Below are positions 1 through 8,523 of a stretch of DNA of 26,825 nt, piece by piece. The notes beneath the pieces were generated by a model. It saw nothing but the letters and a program-made list of their open reading frames with translations, was not told the DNA's origin and searched no databases. Positions within the stretch are counted from its first letter, which is position 1; each line of letters opens with the position of its first letter. The translations under genes and the position numbers were made by a program. The stretch covers positions 1 through 26,825 of the forward strand of contig JBMFLH010000021.1 in assembly GCA_049971295.1 (NCBI GenBank). Direction: 5' to 3'. Source of the DNA: Candidatus Ratteibacteria bacterium. Lineage in GTDB: Bacteria > Ratteibacteria > UBA8468 > B48-G9 > DTJG01.

Positions 1-1
1 T

Positions 2-1894
2 ACCACTTCTAAAATAACCCAGTTGTTCTCCAAGAAATTCGGGGTCAATCAAAAAATCCCATTCATCCGGAAATCCTGCGACAAATATATTTTTTCCTGT
101 CACCCTTTCATAACCCTGTTCAATACACGGTGAAAAAAATCTCTTCATATATGAGGTGGCTGCCTTTTCAGCGAACATCTGAGGATTATACTTGAATGCC
201 ACTTGCTGAATTTCCTGAATTTTTTCAAGGTCCTTGTTTGCACTGATGAAGTCAAATTTATTTCTGTTTTCAAGCATGGACAAAAATGCAGAAAGATAAT
301 CATAGGAAAGGCGGAAAATGGCAACCTTCTCTTCGTATTTTGTATTTTTTACCTTTGCTTCAGCATTTTTAAGGTATTGATTGGCTGTTTTCATAACTTG
401 TGGATTATAAATAAAAGGAAGGTCGTGAGAACAACCAGTATGATAATCTGCATCCCTTAAAGCAGCATCCATCAAAACGATGTATTTTTCCATTTCTTCT
501 GCTGCTGGTCCAAAAAAGTTCATTGCAAAATCATGTATTAAAGCATCCACGTCTGCAGTATGGTTCCAGAATAGTTTTGTTGCGATATAAATTGTTGGCG
601 TCATACTTGCCCAGTGCGGAATTGTTTCAACCCTCCATCCCTTTATCCCTAACTGATAAGCAACAGGAATTTCATCCCTGATTGCATGAACTTTGCTGAA
701 TGGAAAGCCAGGGTCAGCCAGGTTAAAAAAGTAACCCCTTTCATATGTTTCTGGAAGTAATTTTCCCCAGGACTCCATAATTTTCCTGTAATAACTTCTC
801 TCCGGACAAACAGGATTTGACATACCATGAATCCTACACAAACTAATTGGCGCAAACGCTGGAACAATTCGTGAATCTGGTTTTACCTTCACTGGTGGTT
901 TCATATAACAGGAATAACAGTAAAATCCGATTTTTTTATCAGGAAACTCGTCTGAAATACCTTCAAGAACTTTGTTAAAAAACCAGATGTATCTATCGGT
1001 CATTGAAGTGGTGTGTTCAAAATTATCAAAATCACCTGCGTCAAGGGCGCGGCAATTCTCGCATTCACAAAATCCACCCCCGTCATTGGGTCCCATACCA
1101 ATCCACTCGGCAGAAGGATTTTTTCTGAAGTAATTTTTTGTCTCTCTGATTGCCCTTGCAAGCACCTCGGGATTTGATACGCACAACTGACTCGCCTGTC
1201 TTTTCCCATTGACAAGCGCAAACAATTCTGGTTCTTTATTTATATCTGCCTTTCCGATGTTAATTCCGTGAGCAGATGGAAAATATGGCCCACCAAGTCG
1301 CATCCTTCTGTACCAGGTTTTATCAACTGCCATCTGCAGATGTCTTGCATGAAAAGAAGGAATTTGAATGTTATTTTGCTCCTGTATGGTTATGGTCTTT
1401 TTTTCTGGAATGACTGTGCCTATATCTCCTGGCATATACCATCTGACACCAATTTGCTCAAGAAGTTCATAAACCCCAAAAAGTGTCCCTTCACTGGATA
1501 AGCCCGCAATTCTAATGCTGCTGATACCAAAAGGATTGGTTTGAACCTGAATCATAAATGAGGCAGGATCTGTGCCCTTAGAACGGATGGCTTTTTCCAT
1601 TTCTGTCGTCATAGCAACGCTTCCAATAAAAATATAGCATATCCCTTTATTGCCGAGCACTGGATTGATTTGCCAGGTCTTATCAGCACTCTGTTGCACG
1701 ATGCCAATTCTGCAACCACTGATTTTCTCAATATGTTCAACAAGTTCTTTCGCAGCAAAATTTTCGTCAGAATCTGGTTGAGAAGAAATCAGAATCACTG
1801 CTTTCGCATTTCCATTGTCAACGATGGTAACTGACTTTGCATAAGACATACCCGCGCACAAAACAATAAAAAGTATTACCAATACCACCTTCAT
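2..1894 (-). CDS. DUF4838-like secreted protein (putative glycoside hydrolase); partial, 3' end beyond the left edge; at least 631 aa
   Basis: Not in the ORF track because there is no stop in the window. Manual minus-strand translation from ATG at 1894 (ATGA overlap with the upstream stop at 1891-1893) stays open to the edge. It reads signal peptide MKVVLVILFIVLCAGMSYA, then FAAKELVEHIEKISG, GTLFGVYELLEQIGVRWYMPG, QLCVSNPEV, GPNDGGGFCECENC, DRYIWFFNKV, KLFWN, FFGPAAEEM and FPDEWDFLIDP, a motif series I recognise from DUF4838 proteins. Confidence 0.85.
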   Translation of the reverse strand, partial: MKVVLVILFIVLCAGMSYAKSVTIVDNGNAKAVILISSQPDSDENFAAKELVEHIEKISGCRIGIVQQSADKTWQINPVLGNKGICYIFIGSVAMTTEMEKAIRSKGTDPASFMIQVQTNPFGISSIRIAGLSSEGTLFGVYELLEQIGVRWYMPGDIGTVIPEKKTITIQEQNNIQIPSFHARHLQMAVDKTWYRRMRLGGPYFPSAHGINIGKADINKEPELFALVNGKRQASQLCVSNPEVLARAIRETKNYFRKNPSAEWIGMGPNDGGGFCECENCRALDAGDFDNFEHTTSMTDRYIWFFNKVLEGISDEFPDKKIGFYCYSCYMKPPVKVKPDSRIVPAFAPISLCRIHGMSNPVCPERSYYRKIMESWGKLLPETYERGYFFNLADPGFPFSKVHAIRDEIPVAYQLGIKGWRVETIPHWASMTPTIYIATKLFWNHTADVDALIHDFAMNFFGPAAEEMEKYIVLMDAALRDADYHTGCSHDLPFIYNPQVMKTANQYLKNAEAKVKNTKYEEKVAIFRLSYDYLSAFLSMLENRNKFDFISANKDLEKIQEIQQVAFKYNPQMFAEKAATSYMKRFFSPCIEQGYERVTGKNIFVAGFPDEWDFLIDPEFLGEQLGYFRSG

Positions 1895-2787
1895 GATTTT
1901 TTTCTTCTTTTAAGTTCACTCAAAATTTCAGAAACAAGTTTTTCAATCCTTCTTCCATATTCAATATAATTTCTGTATCTCACTTCTGCTTCTGACGTTA
2001 CGCTGGGGTCGTGGTAAACAACAGCCATGTGCGGTTCAATTGATATTCCACCATCATAACCACTTGCGAAAAGGTCAGTAAGAATCTCTCTTACCATGCC
2101 CTTACCTTCTCCAGGGAACGTGCAAACATGTTTTCCGTCATCCTTCACATAACCATCCTTGATATGAACATAAACAATATGCTGCTTCACGTGGGTATAA
2201 AATTCCCATGGATCCTGCATTTTATATGGTCTGGGTCCCCTGACATCAGGATGGAATAAAGGATTCCCCGTGTCATAAACAAGTTTCAGCGCAGGTGAAT
2301 TTACTCCTTCGAGAAGCCGAAGAGTGTGTTCCCAAGACAAAGAACCCCATCCTGAACAGTTCTCATGCACGCACAAAACTCCGCCATCTTCAGCCATTTT
2401 TACAATGGTCTTGACTCTATTTATGGCTTCTTTTGACCAGTCCCTATCAAGTTGGTCATCTGGAATTGCAAAGCTCATAATCCGAATCATCTTTGTACCA
2501 AGTCGGTGCATCCTGGGAATCGCTCTTTTCATCTCCTCATAACTTTTGTCAGGTGGTTCTGTAATCTTTTGAGCCCAGTTAGCAACACCGCTTCCAAAAC
2601 AATTGATTTTTATCCCTGCCTGCTGAAGCTTTTCGCAAATTTCTTCAAATTTTCTATCGTCAACCATCGTCAGGTTGACTCCATCAATACTTCTTGATTC
2701 AATATACTTCCAGCCAAGTTCCTTTGTCGCACGAATCTGGCCATCAATATCAGGTGCTGCCTCGTCAGCAAATCCAGTAAAATACAT
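1891..2787 (-). CDS. Sugar phosphate isomerase/epimerase (xylose isomerase-like TIM barrel, AP endonuclease 2 family)
   Basis: 298 aa. N-terminal GFADE; metal-ligand motifs HENC, YDTGN, VHIKDG, SIEPH; GGGAGG SD just upstream. Confidence 0.88.
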   Translation of the reverse strand: MYFTGFADEAAPDIDGQIRATKELGWKYIESRSIDGVNLTMVDDRKFEEICEKLQQAGIKINCFGSGVANWAQKITEPPDKSYEEMKRAIPRMHRLGTKMIRIMSFAIPDDQLDRDWSKEAINRVKTIVKMAEDGGVLCVHENCSGWGSLSWEHTLRLLEGVNSPALKLVYDTGNPLFHPDVRGPRPYKMQDPWEFYTHVKQHIVYVHIKDGYVKDDGKHVCTFPGEGKGMVREILTDLFASGYDGGISIEPHMAVVYHDPSVTSEAEVRYRNYIEYGRRIEKLVSEILSELKRRKKS

Positions 2788-2863
2788 ACTTCCTCCCTGT
2801 TATGAGTGTTAGATTAACCTGTTTTTCCTCTTCCTGAACTAATGGTATTATTCTTATTTTTTT

Positions 2864-4168
2864 TCACGTTTCCCGCAGGTTGTCTTTTTTCTCAATTTCT
2901 GGTAAGTGCAAAAAATTTTCTATGCGTCCCACCGGCTCAATTTCCTTTGCAGATGCGCCGATTTCTTGAAGTTTTTTCATCGAGGGCATGAGCCTGGTTT
3001 CAAAAGAGCCTATGGTCGCGTTATAATTTTTGATAGCTGTATCAAGGGCCTTACCTGTATTTCTAAGATGTTCGATGAATACTGACATTCTTTCGTATAA
3101 TTGACTTCCTATTTCAGCAATAGAGCGGGCATTTTCTGCAACTGAGTATTGTTGCCATCCAAAAGCCACTGCCTTTAACAATCCCAGTAATGTCACAGGC
3201 GTTGCAATAAGTACATGATTTTCTGCAGCATACTCCAGCAGTCCAGGGTCATTTTCATACGCGGCAGAGATTGACGCTTCATTTGGCACAAACATAATCA
3301 CCACCTCTGGAGCAGGATTAAATTGAGCCCAGTATTTTTTGCTGGCAAGAATTTGAATTGTTTCACGAACCTTTCTCGCAAAAAGGCGCAATTTTTCTTG
3401 TTTTTGAGATGGCTCTGAGTTTATTGCATCAAGATATGCTACCATTGGGCTCTTGGCATCAACAGGCAATATTCCTCCATTTGGAAGATGAATAATCATG
3501 TCAGGTCTGCCTTCCTGGGTGCTGATTTGTTCTTCGTAATCAACATGTCTTGTCATACCGGCAAGTTCCACGACCCTTCTCAATTGAATCTGTCCCCACT
3601 GACCGCGCACCTCCGTAGTTCTCAACGCCTGATTTAATTGCACTGTTAGTATTCTCAACTGGTCCTGTGTTGTGAATAATTGTTGCAATTGTTCCTGTAA
3701 GCCTCTGTAAGCACCTTCTCTTTTTTTCTCAAGTTCCCTTATTTCGTCATCCATCTTCTTCAGTGTTTCTGACAGTGGCTCAACAAGCTTCTGCAATTCT
3801 ACCCTGTGGGTACTCCAGTCGCCTCTGACCTGGTGAAGAATGGACTCAAGAGATTGCCTGGCTGTTTTTAGAAAATCTTCTGCATTACCCCTGAGTGCCT
3901 GAGTTGCGATGGAATTAAACGCGTCTTTCAGCTGTTCCTGGGCTTTTTCTGTCCACGAAATTTTTTCAGCATATGACTCTTTCTCTTTTCTCAATTCTGC
4001 TATTTCAATCATAAGCTTTGAATTTTCTTCTGACAGCGCCTGTATGTTTGCTTCCAGATCAGAAATCTTTTTATCCTTTTCTCTGATTGTCTTTGAACTT
4101 TCTCGCACATGCAGCAGGTATATCGCAAAGACCAGGACCAGGGAAAAAATAAGTACTATCGTATTCAT
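2864..4168 (-). CDS. rmuC: DNA recombination protein RmuC
   Basis: 434 aa. N-terminal TM helix and long coiled coil, then RGQWGQIQLRRVVELAGM, RPDMIIHLP, VDAKSP, LASKKYW, MFVPNE, ATPVTLLGLLKAVAFGWQQ; AGGAG SD. Confidence 0.95.
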   Translation of the reverse strand: MNTIVLIFSLVLVFAIYLLHVRESSKTIREKDKKISDLEANIQALSEENSKLMIEIAELRKEKESYAEKISWTEKAQEQLKDAFNSIATQALRGNAEDFLKTARQSLESILHQVRGDWSTHRVELQKLVEPLSETLKKMDDEIRELEKKREGAYRGLQEQLQQLFTTQDQLRILTVQLNQALRTTEVRGQWGQIQLRRVVELAGMTRHVDYEEQISTQEGRPDMIIHLPNGGILPVDAKSPMVAYLDAINSEPSQKQEKLRLFARKVRETIQILASKKYWAQFNPAPEVVIMFVPNEASISAAYENDPGLLEYAAENHVLIATPVTLLGLLKAVAFGWQQYSVAENARSIAEIGSQLYERMSVFIEHLRNTGKALDTAIKNYNATIGSFETRLMPSMKKLQEIGASAKEIEPVGRIENFLHLPEIEKKDNLRET

Positions 4169-4222
4169 ATGTAACTCCTGAATTTATTATATAACTTTTC
4201 CATTTTACTTCCATCTATATGA

Positions 4223-5578
4223 TCAAGTAACAATTATGCGCATTTCTTCCTCAAGTATTTTCAAAAATACATTAACAATATCAGGATTGAATTGTCTTCC
4301 GCTATTTTCCTTTAATTCTTTGATTGCTTCTGATATCGATAACGGTTTTCTATAGGCTCTGGCTGTAGTCATTGCATCAAAAGCATCTGCAACTGACAAT
4401 ATCTGAGCAAGCAGGTTAATATTGCTTTTATCCAGTCCATCAGGATATCCTGTACCATCAAATCTTTCATGATGCTGTCTCACGATTTCAAGTGCATCTT
4501 TTTCCAATAATACAGGTCTTAAAATTTCTTCACCAACAACAGGATGGGTTTTAATAATGTTCCATTCGTCTTCTGTCAATGGTTCTTCTTTCTGTAATAC
4601 ATTTTCTCCGATACCAAATTTCCCAATATCATGCAGCAAAGCAGTTTCCCGAAGTATTTTTATTTTCTTTTCAGGAATCCCCATTCTCGTTGCTATCTTT
4701 TCAGAAAAAAAGGCAACCCTTTCTGAATGCCCTTTCGTATATGAATCTCTGGCTTCAAGAATCGTAACAAACGAACGAATTGTTCTGTAAAGATAACCCT
4801 GAAGCATTTTCCGTGATGCTACAAGACCTGTAGTCATCTGGTTAAATGTTCGGGCAAGTTTGCCAAACTCATCATCGCTTCGCAATGGAATGCGATATTC
4901 AAAATTTCCCCTTTGAATATTTTTTATTCCCTCCACAAGGTCATTCACAGGGACAGAAATCTGACGTGAAATAAAAAAGCCAAACAGAACTACAAGGATG
5001 ATTAATACTATTGATGTTCCAATAATTTGCAAATAAATTGTATACCTGATACCTGTTGCATGTCTAATGTCATAATCTATCTTCAATACGGCGACAGGCG
5101 TTCCATTTGCATTCCGCAAAGGCGCATAACCTGTCAAGAAACCATTACCTTTTTCTGAAACAAAAGGAACAGCAAAGCCCATCAGAATACCAGGAAATTT
5201 GTCAGCCGAATAAGAAGTCCCTCTTGACAATTCAGTACCTTTATCGGCGTTTGCGCCCGCAACAACAAGAAAATGCCCGTTACCCTGACTTGTGAGAACG
5301 TAAATGGAAGAAACCGAAGGAATGTCTTTGATCATTTTTTTCAAAGTTCTTTCAAGTAAAGTGAAAAGTTCAGGATTATCAGAAATTCCAGTTAACTTTT
5401 CGGCATCAATTGTTGCAGAACAGGTCATAGCAATACTTAAAAGCTCTGTTTTCAGCAGTTCCCTCTGATGTTTCAACATATACCAGCACAGGAAAGCATT
5501 TCCTGTGATTATCACAATCAAAACAGGTAAAGCAAAAGTGCAAAAAATCCTTGACCTGAAACTTCTTAAAAATTTCAT
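4223..5578 (-). CDS. Membrane-anchored HAMP + HD-GYP cyclic di-GMP phosphodiesterase with extracytoplasmic sensor domain
   Basis: 451 aa. Two TM segments flank a ~150 aa periplasmic region; HAMP (PVNDLVEG...DEFGKLARTFNQM); EARDSYTKGHSERV, LLHDIGK, HPVVG, HHERFDGTGYPDGL, ADAFDAMTTARAYR. Confidence 0.93.
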   Translation of the reverse strand: MKFLRSFRSRIFCTFALPVLIVIITGNAFLCWYMLKHQRELLKTELLSIAMTCSATIDAEKLTGISDNPELFTLLERTLKKMIKDIPSVSSIYVLTSQGNGHFLVVAGANADKGTELSRGTSYSADKFPGILMGFAVPFVSEKGNGFLTGYAPLRNANGTPVAVLKIDYDIRHATGIRYTIYLQIIGTSIVLIILVVLFGFFISRQISVPVNDLVEGIKNIQRGNFEYRIPLRSDDEFGKLARTFNQMTTGLVASRKMLQGYLYRTIRSFVTILEARDSYTKGHSERVAFFSEKIATRMGIPEKKIKILRETALLHDIGKFGIGENVLQKEEPLTEDEWNIIKTHPVVGEEILRPVLLEKDALEIVRQHHERFDGTGYPDGLDKSNINLLAQILSVADAFDAMTTARAYRKPLSISEAIKELKENSGRQFNPDIVNVFLKILEEEMRIIVT

Positions 5579-5613
5579 CTTGTGCAGTTTAAAACTGTCT
5601 TTGATTCTGAATG

Positions 5614-6210
5614 TTATGGCTTTGACGCGATATTAAGATATTTTTCAAGCAATGCCGCATCAGATGGCGAAATATTTACAATCTGACATCCATAATGATA
5701 CGTTGAACCCATTCTGTTTTCATTCATTACAACATATTCAGCTCTGACAATTTCAGAAAAATGCTTGATCACAAGTTTCATTTCCAGCAAATACGTTTTT
5801 CCTGTCTTCATCGGGTGACTGGTTTCAATACAAATGCCTGTTCTGCTGATATTGAGAATGGTAAAGTCAATTGCACTATGCATCAGTCCTTTTTCAACTG
5901 CTCTTCCTTTTAAAAGTCCTGTTTCGTAGCGTCTTTCCCTGCGACTGTCAATCGCAATTGGAGAGGTTCTCACAATTACCATTCTGCGGAGTGTTGGACA
6001 GAAAATTTTACAGGTAAAATAATGCCATTTCCCTTCCCATAAGAAAAATGCAGTACCATTCTTGCCCATGCCGCTTTCACCGGTGGACTGATCAGTCAGT
6101 TCAACAAAAATCTCACCCTGTTTTCCTGTTCCAATCAGTTTTGCTGTGTGTTCCCGGTTCTCTACCCTTATGATAAAGTCCCGCACGCTTCTCAGGTCAA
6201 GTGCTGACAT
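5614..6210 (-). CDS. PilZ-domain c-di-GMP-binding protein with an N-terminal beta-rich domain (YcgR-like architecture)
   Basis: 198 aa. RxxxR (RRERR) followed by (D/N)xSxxG (NISRTG); C-terminal YHYGCQI...LLEKYL fits the end of a PilZ barrel. Confidence 0.8.
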   Translation of the reverse strand: MSALDLRSVRDFIIRVENREHTAKLIGTGKQGEIFVELTDQSTGESGMGKNGTAFFLWEGKWHYFTCKIFCPTLRRMVIVRTSPIAIDSRRERRYETGLLKGRAVEKGLMHSAIDFTILNISRTGICIETSHPMKTGKTYLLEMKLVIKHFSEIVRAEYVVMNENRMGSTYHYGCQIVNISPSDAALLEKYLNIASKP

Positions 6211-6223
6211 GGTCCCCGTAATT

Positions 6224-6252
6224 ACTTTACCCTTTTAATGAAATTTCGTCAA
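6224..6252 (-). promoter_or_regulatory. Candidate sigma70-type promoter for the pilZ/HD-GYP genes
   Basis: Minus strand TTGACG (6252-6247), 17 nt spacer, TAAAGT (6229-6224), 13 nt upstream of the ATG at 6210. Confidence 0.5.
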
Positions 6253-6273
6253 CATCAAAGGAAAAACAATTTA

Positions 6274-6282
6274 TGGTATAAT
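6274..6282 (+). promoter_or_regulatory. Candidate extended -10 promoter for the AEC transporter
   Basis: TGGTATAAT (TGnTATAAT) upstream of AGGAG (6295-6299) and ATG 6307. Confidence 0.55.
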
Positions 6283-6306
6283 TCATCGGTCACCAGGAGA
6301 TATGAT

Positions 6307-7266
6307 ATGTTTTTCCATCTTTTTATCAGAGTATTATCAATTTTCTTCATCATATTTGTTGGCGCATTTGCAAGGAAAAAACAGTTTTTAAATGACGAAA
6401 CAACCAGCACACTTGCGACGTGCATTACAAACTTTTTTTATCCAGCCCTTATCATATCTTCCATCACATCCGGTTTTACGGTAGCATCCCTGGTTTCAAA
6501 CTGGTTGTTGCCTGCAGGAACCATATTGATTATGGGAATCGGATATCTTATAGGCATGATGTTTATAAAATTTCTGTCTTTTGATAGTAAAAAACAGAAA
6601 AATACATTTTTGTTTCAATGTACGATCAATAATTATGTTTTCTTACCACTCCCAATTGTCGCAATGCTTCTTGGAAACACAGGGGTGGCATATCTCGTGT
6701 TCTCCAGTTTGGGCTCAGAAATATCTGTTTGGACCATAGGCATACTCGGGCTCACAGGAAATCATTTTGAAAAAAAGGCAATGAAAAATTTGTTAAGTCC
6801 TCCAATGGTTGCTCTTGTTATTTCAATTCTTATCATTTCTATCAGGGACAATTTTGTATACAGTGGAATCATCGTAAACAATTCTCTGAAAGTGATTTTA
6901 CAGATGCTGGGTAATTCCATTGATATGTTTGGAAAAGCAACTGTTCCACTTGCCCTTTTTACTGCAGGCAGCAGAATGGTGACTCTTAAAATACATCATA
7001 TAAAGACAGATAAGCAGCTATGGCTGGTGTTTCTGAGACTCATTTTTATTCCCGCTTTTGCCTGTGCTATGATTTCTCTTTTGCCTGTCTCACATGAAAT
7101 TTTTCTTGTGCTTGTTACTGTCGCGATTATGCCTGCTGCCATTGCAAGTATTATTTTGAGTGATACATATCACGCGGATACCGAGTTTGCTTCGTCAAGC
7201 GTTCTGCTGACCCATATCGTTTCGCTTATCACAATTCCCTTGTGGCTCACTTTACTGAATAGATGA
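6307..7266 (+). CDS. AEC (auxin efflux carrier) family membrane transporter
   Basis: About 10 hydrophobic segments; YPALI, NNYVFLPLPI, LLSPPMVA, VPLALFTAG, RLIFIP, MPAAI, SLITIPLW. Start moved from 6238 to ATG 6307 because of the AGGAG SD 7 nt upstream and the promoter motif lying inside the longer ORF. Confidence 0.9.
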   Translation: MFFHLFIRVLSIFFIIFVGAFARKKQFLNDETTSTLATCITNFFYPALIISSITSGFTVASLVSNWLLPAGTILIMGIGYLIGMMFIKFLSFDSKKQKNTFLFQCTINNYVFLPLPIVAMLLGNTGVAYLVFSSLGSEISVWTIGILGLTGNHFEKKAMKNLLSPPMVALVISILIISIRDNFVYSGIIVNNSLKVILQMLGNSIDMFGKATVPLALFTAGSRMVTLKIHHIKTDKQLWLVFLRLIFIPAFACAMISLLPVSHEIFLVLVTVAIMPAAIASIILSDTYHADTEFASSSVLLTHIVSLITIPLWLTLLNR

Positions 7267-7273
7267 GTAAAAA

Positions 7274-7282
7274 TGATATAAT
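7274..7282 (+). promoter_or_regulatory. Candidate extended -10 promoter for the 109 aa gene and RNase HII-like gene
   Basis: TGATATAAT in the 52 bp gap after the AEC stop; G-rich SD (AGGGGG) just before ATG 7319. Confidence 0.55.
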
Positions 7283-7318
7283 ACATCCAAGTCACTACAC
7301 ATCTCACAGGGGGTAGCA

Positions 7319-7648
7319 ATGATTCAACTAACAGGGAAAATGGTAAAAATAAGATTCAAGAAGTACTTTGAAGAACAGCGGCTATGGATTTTTGTGGGAA
7401 AAGTGCTGGATTTTTCTGAAAACTGGATTATGGTCGAGGGCAAAGGACTGATTGTATCAAAAGGAAAAATCACACCTGTTGACATAGATGAACAGGTAAG
7501 GACATTGATAATCCCGAGAGACAATATCTCCCATATCAGACTTTTACCTGACGACTTTGATTTATCGAATATTGAAATTGAAGAAATAGGCATCCGTTAT
7601 TTTATCAGAGTGAAAAATGCTCCGCACACAAGCATAGGTGAAATTTAA
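7319..7648 (+). CDS. Hypothetical small beta-rich protein, possibly Sm/LSm-like fold
   Basis: 109 aa with SD and candidate promoter. LTGKMVKIRF...FVGKVLDFSENWIMVEG resembles Sm1; LIIPRDNISHIR resembles Sm2. The gene is well supported; the fold is inference. Confidence 0.7.
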   Translation: MIQLTGKMVKIRFKKYFEEQRLWIFVGKVLDFSENWIMVEGKGLIVSKGKITPVDIDEQVRTLIIPRDNISHIRLLPDDFDLSNIEIEEIGIRYFIRVKNAPHTSIGEI

Positions 7649-7653
7649 GTGTT

Positions 7654-8520
7654 ATGCTATACCTCTGCCTTGATGAAAATGGTTATGGCCCTGTTATGGG
7701 ACCGCTTGTTGTAACTGGTATCAGTGGAACTGCTGACAGTGAAAAATTCCCTGAACAGATTTTTGATAGTAAAAGATTATTTTCTTCAAGGAACTGTTTT
7801 CCAAAAATTGAAAAAATTGCCCTTGCTATTTTCAAAATAGCATATAACAGATTGCCCTTCACATATAATGAACTGTTTGAACAATCATTTGAATGTGCCA
7901 ATGTTAAATCCGGTGTTTGCTGGAAAAATTTTTCTGAAATTCCCTTTTTCTCTGATAAATCAGAGATTGAACTCTGTGCCAGCAACATTCACGAATTTCT
8001 TGATAAAAATCACATACGTTTGCTTTCCATTCATTCTCAGGTTTTATGTGTCCAGGCATTTAACAATCTTTGTAGAAAACACTTGAAAAAAGATTTTATC
8101 AACTATCTAATGTTTGAGAAAATCATACTAAAACATCAGAAAGATTACGACCACATGGTTGTAAAAGCAGGAAAAATTGGAGGGAGGCATTTTTACAAAA
8201 AATTTTTGAATAATGGTTTTTGCCACTGGGAAATTCATTATGAAAAAGAAAGTACAATGGCGTCAGAATACCTGATAAAAAAAGAAAATAAACAAATCCA
8301 TTTGAGTTTTTTAAAAAACATTGAATCCGTCTCATTTCTCGGAGTACTGGCAGGTATCTATGGCAAATACGTCAGGGAACTCTTCATGATTGCGATCAAT
8401 AAATTTCTTGATACTCAAAGGTTTGTCTCTGGATATAGAGACGCCTATACGAAGCAACTTGTGGCACAATTAAAAATGAAAAATACAGAATTTCAAAATT
8501 GTCTTTGTAGAATTAAGTAA
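7654..8520 (+). CDS. Divergent ribonuclease HII-like protein
   Basis: 288 aa. LDENGYGPVMGPLVVTG (cf. DEAGRGP-x-x-GPLV), DSKRL (cf. DSKKL), LAGIYGKYVRE (cf. AASIxAKVxRD), SGY near the C-terminus. Confidence 0.8.
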   Translation: MLYLCLDENGYGPVMGPLVVTGISGTADSEKFPEQIFDSKRLFSSRNCFPKIEKIALAIFKIAYNRLPFTYNELFEQSFECANVKSGVCWKNFSEIPFFSDKSEIELCASNIHEFLDKNHIRLLSIHSQVLCVQAFNNLCRKHLKKDFINYLMFEKIILKHQKDYDHMVVKAGKIGGRHFYKKFLNNGFCHWEIHYEKESTMASEYLIKKENKQIHLSFLKNIESVSFLGVLAGIYGKYVRELFMIAINKFLDTQRFVSGYRDAYTKQLVAQLKMKNTEFQNCLCRIK

Positions 8521-8523
8521 AAT

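Noticed and set aside
203..1501. Short ORFs 203-460, 649-867, 1000-1221 and 1268-1501, or a possible non-coding/pseudogene zone
   Set aside because: All are antisense or off-frame shadows of the continuous DUF4838-like frame at 2-1894.
5585..5597. Inverted repeat CAGTTT-A-AAACTG before the HD-GYP start
   Set aside because: Arms of 6 bp in AT-rich DNA are expected by chance; no terminator features.
6238..6306. N-terminal extension of the AEC transporter
   Set aside because: It contains the candidate promoter and SD for ATG 6307.
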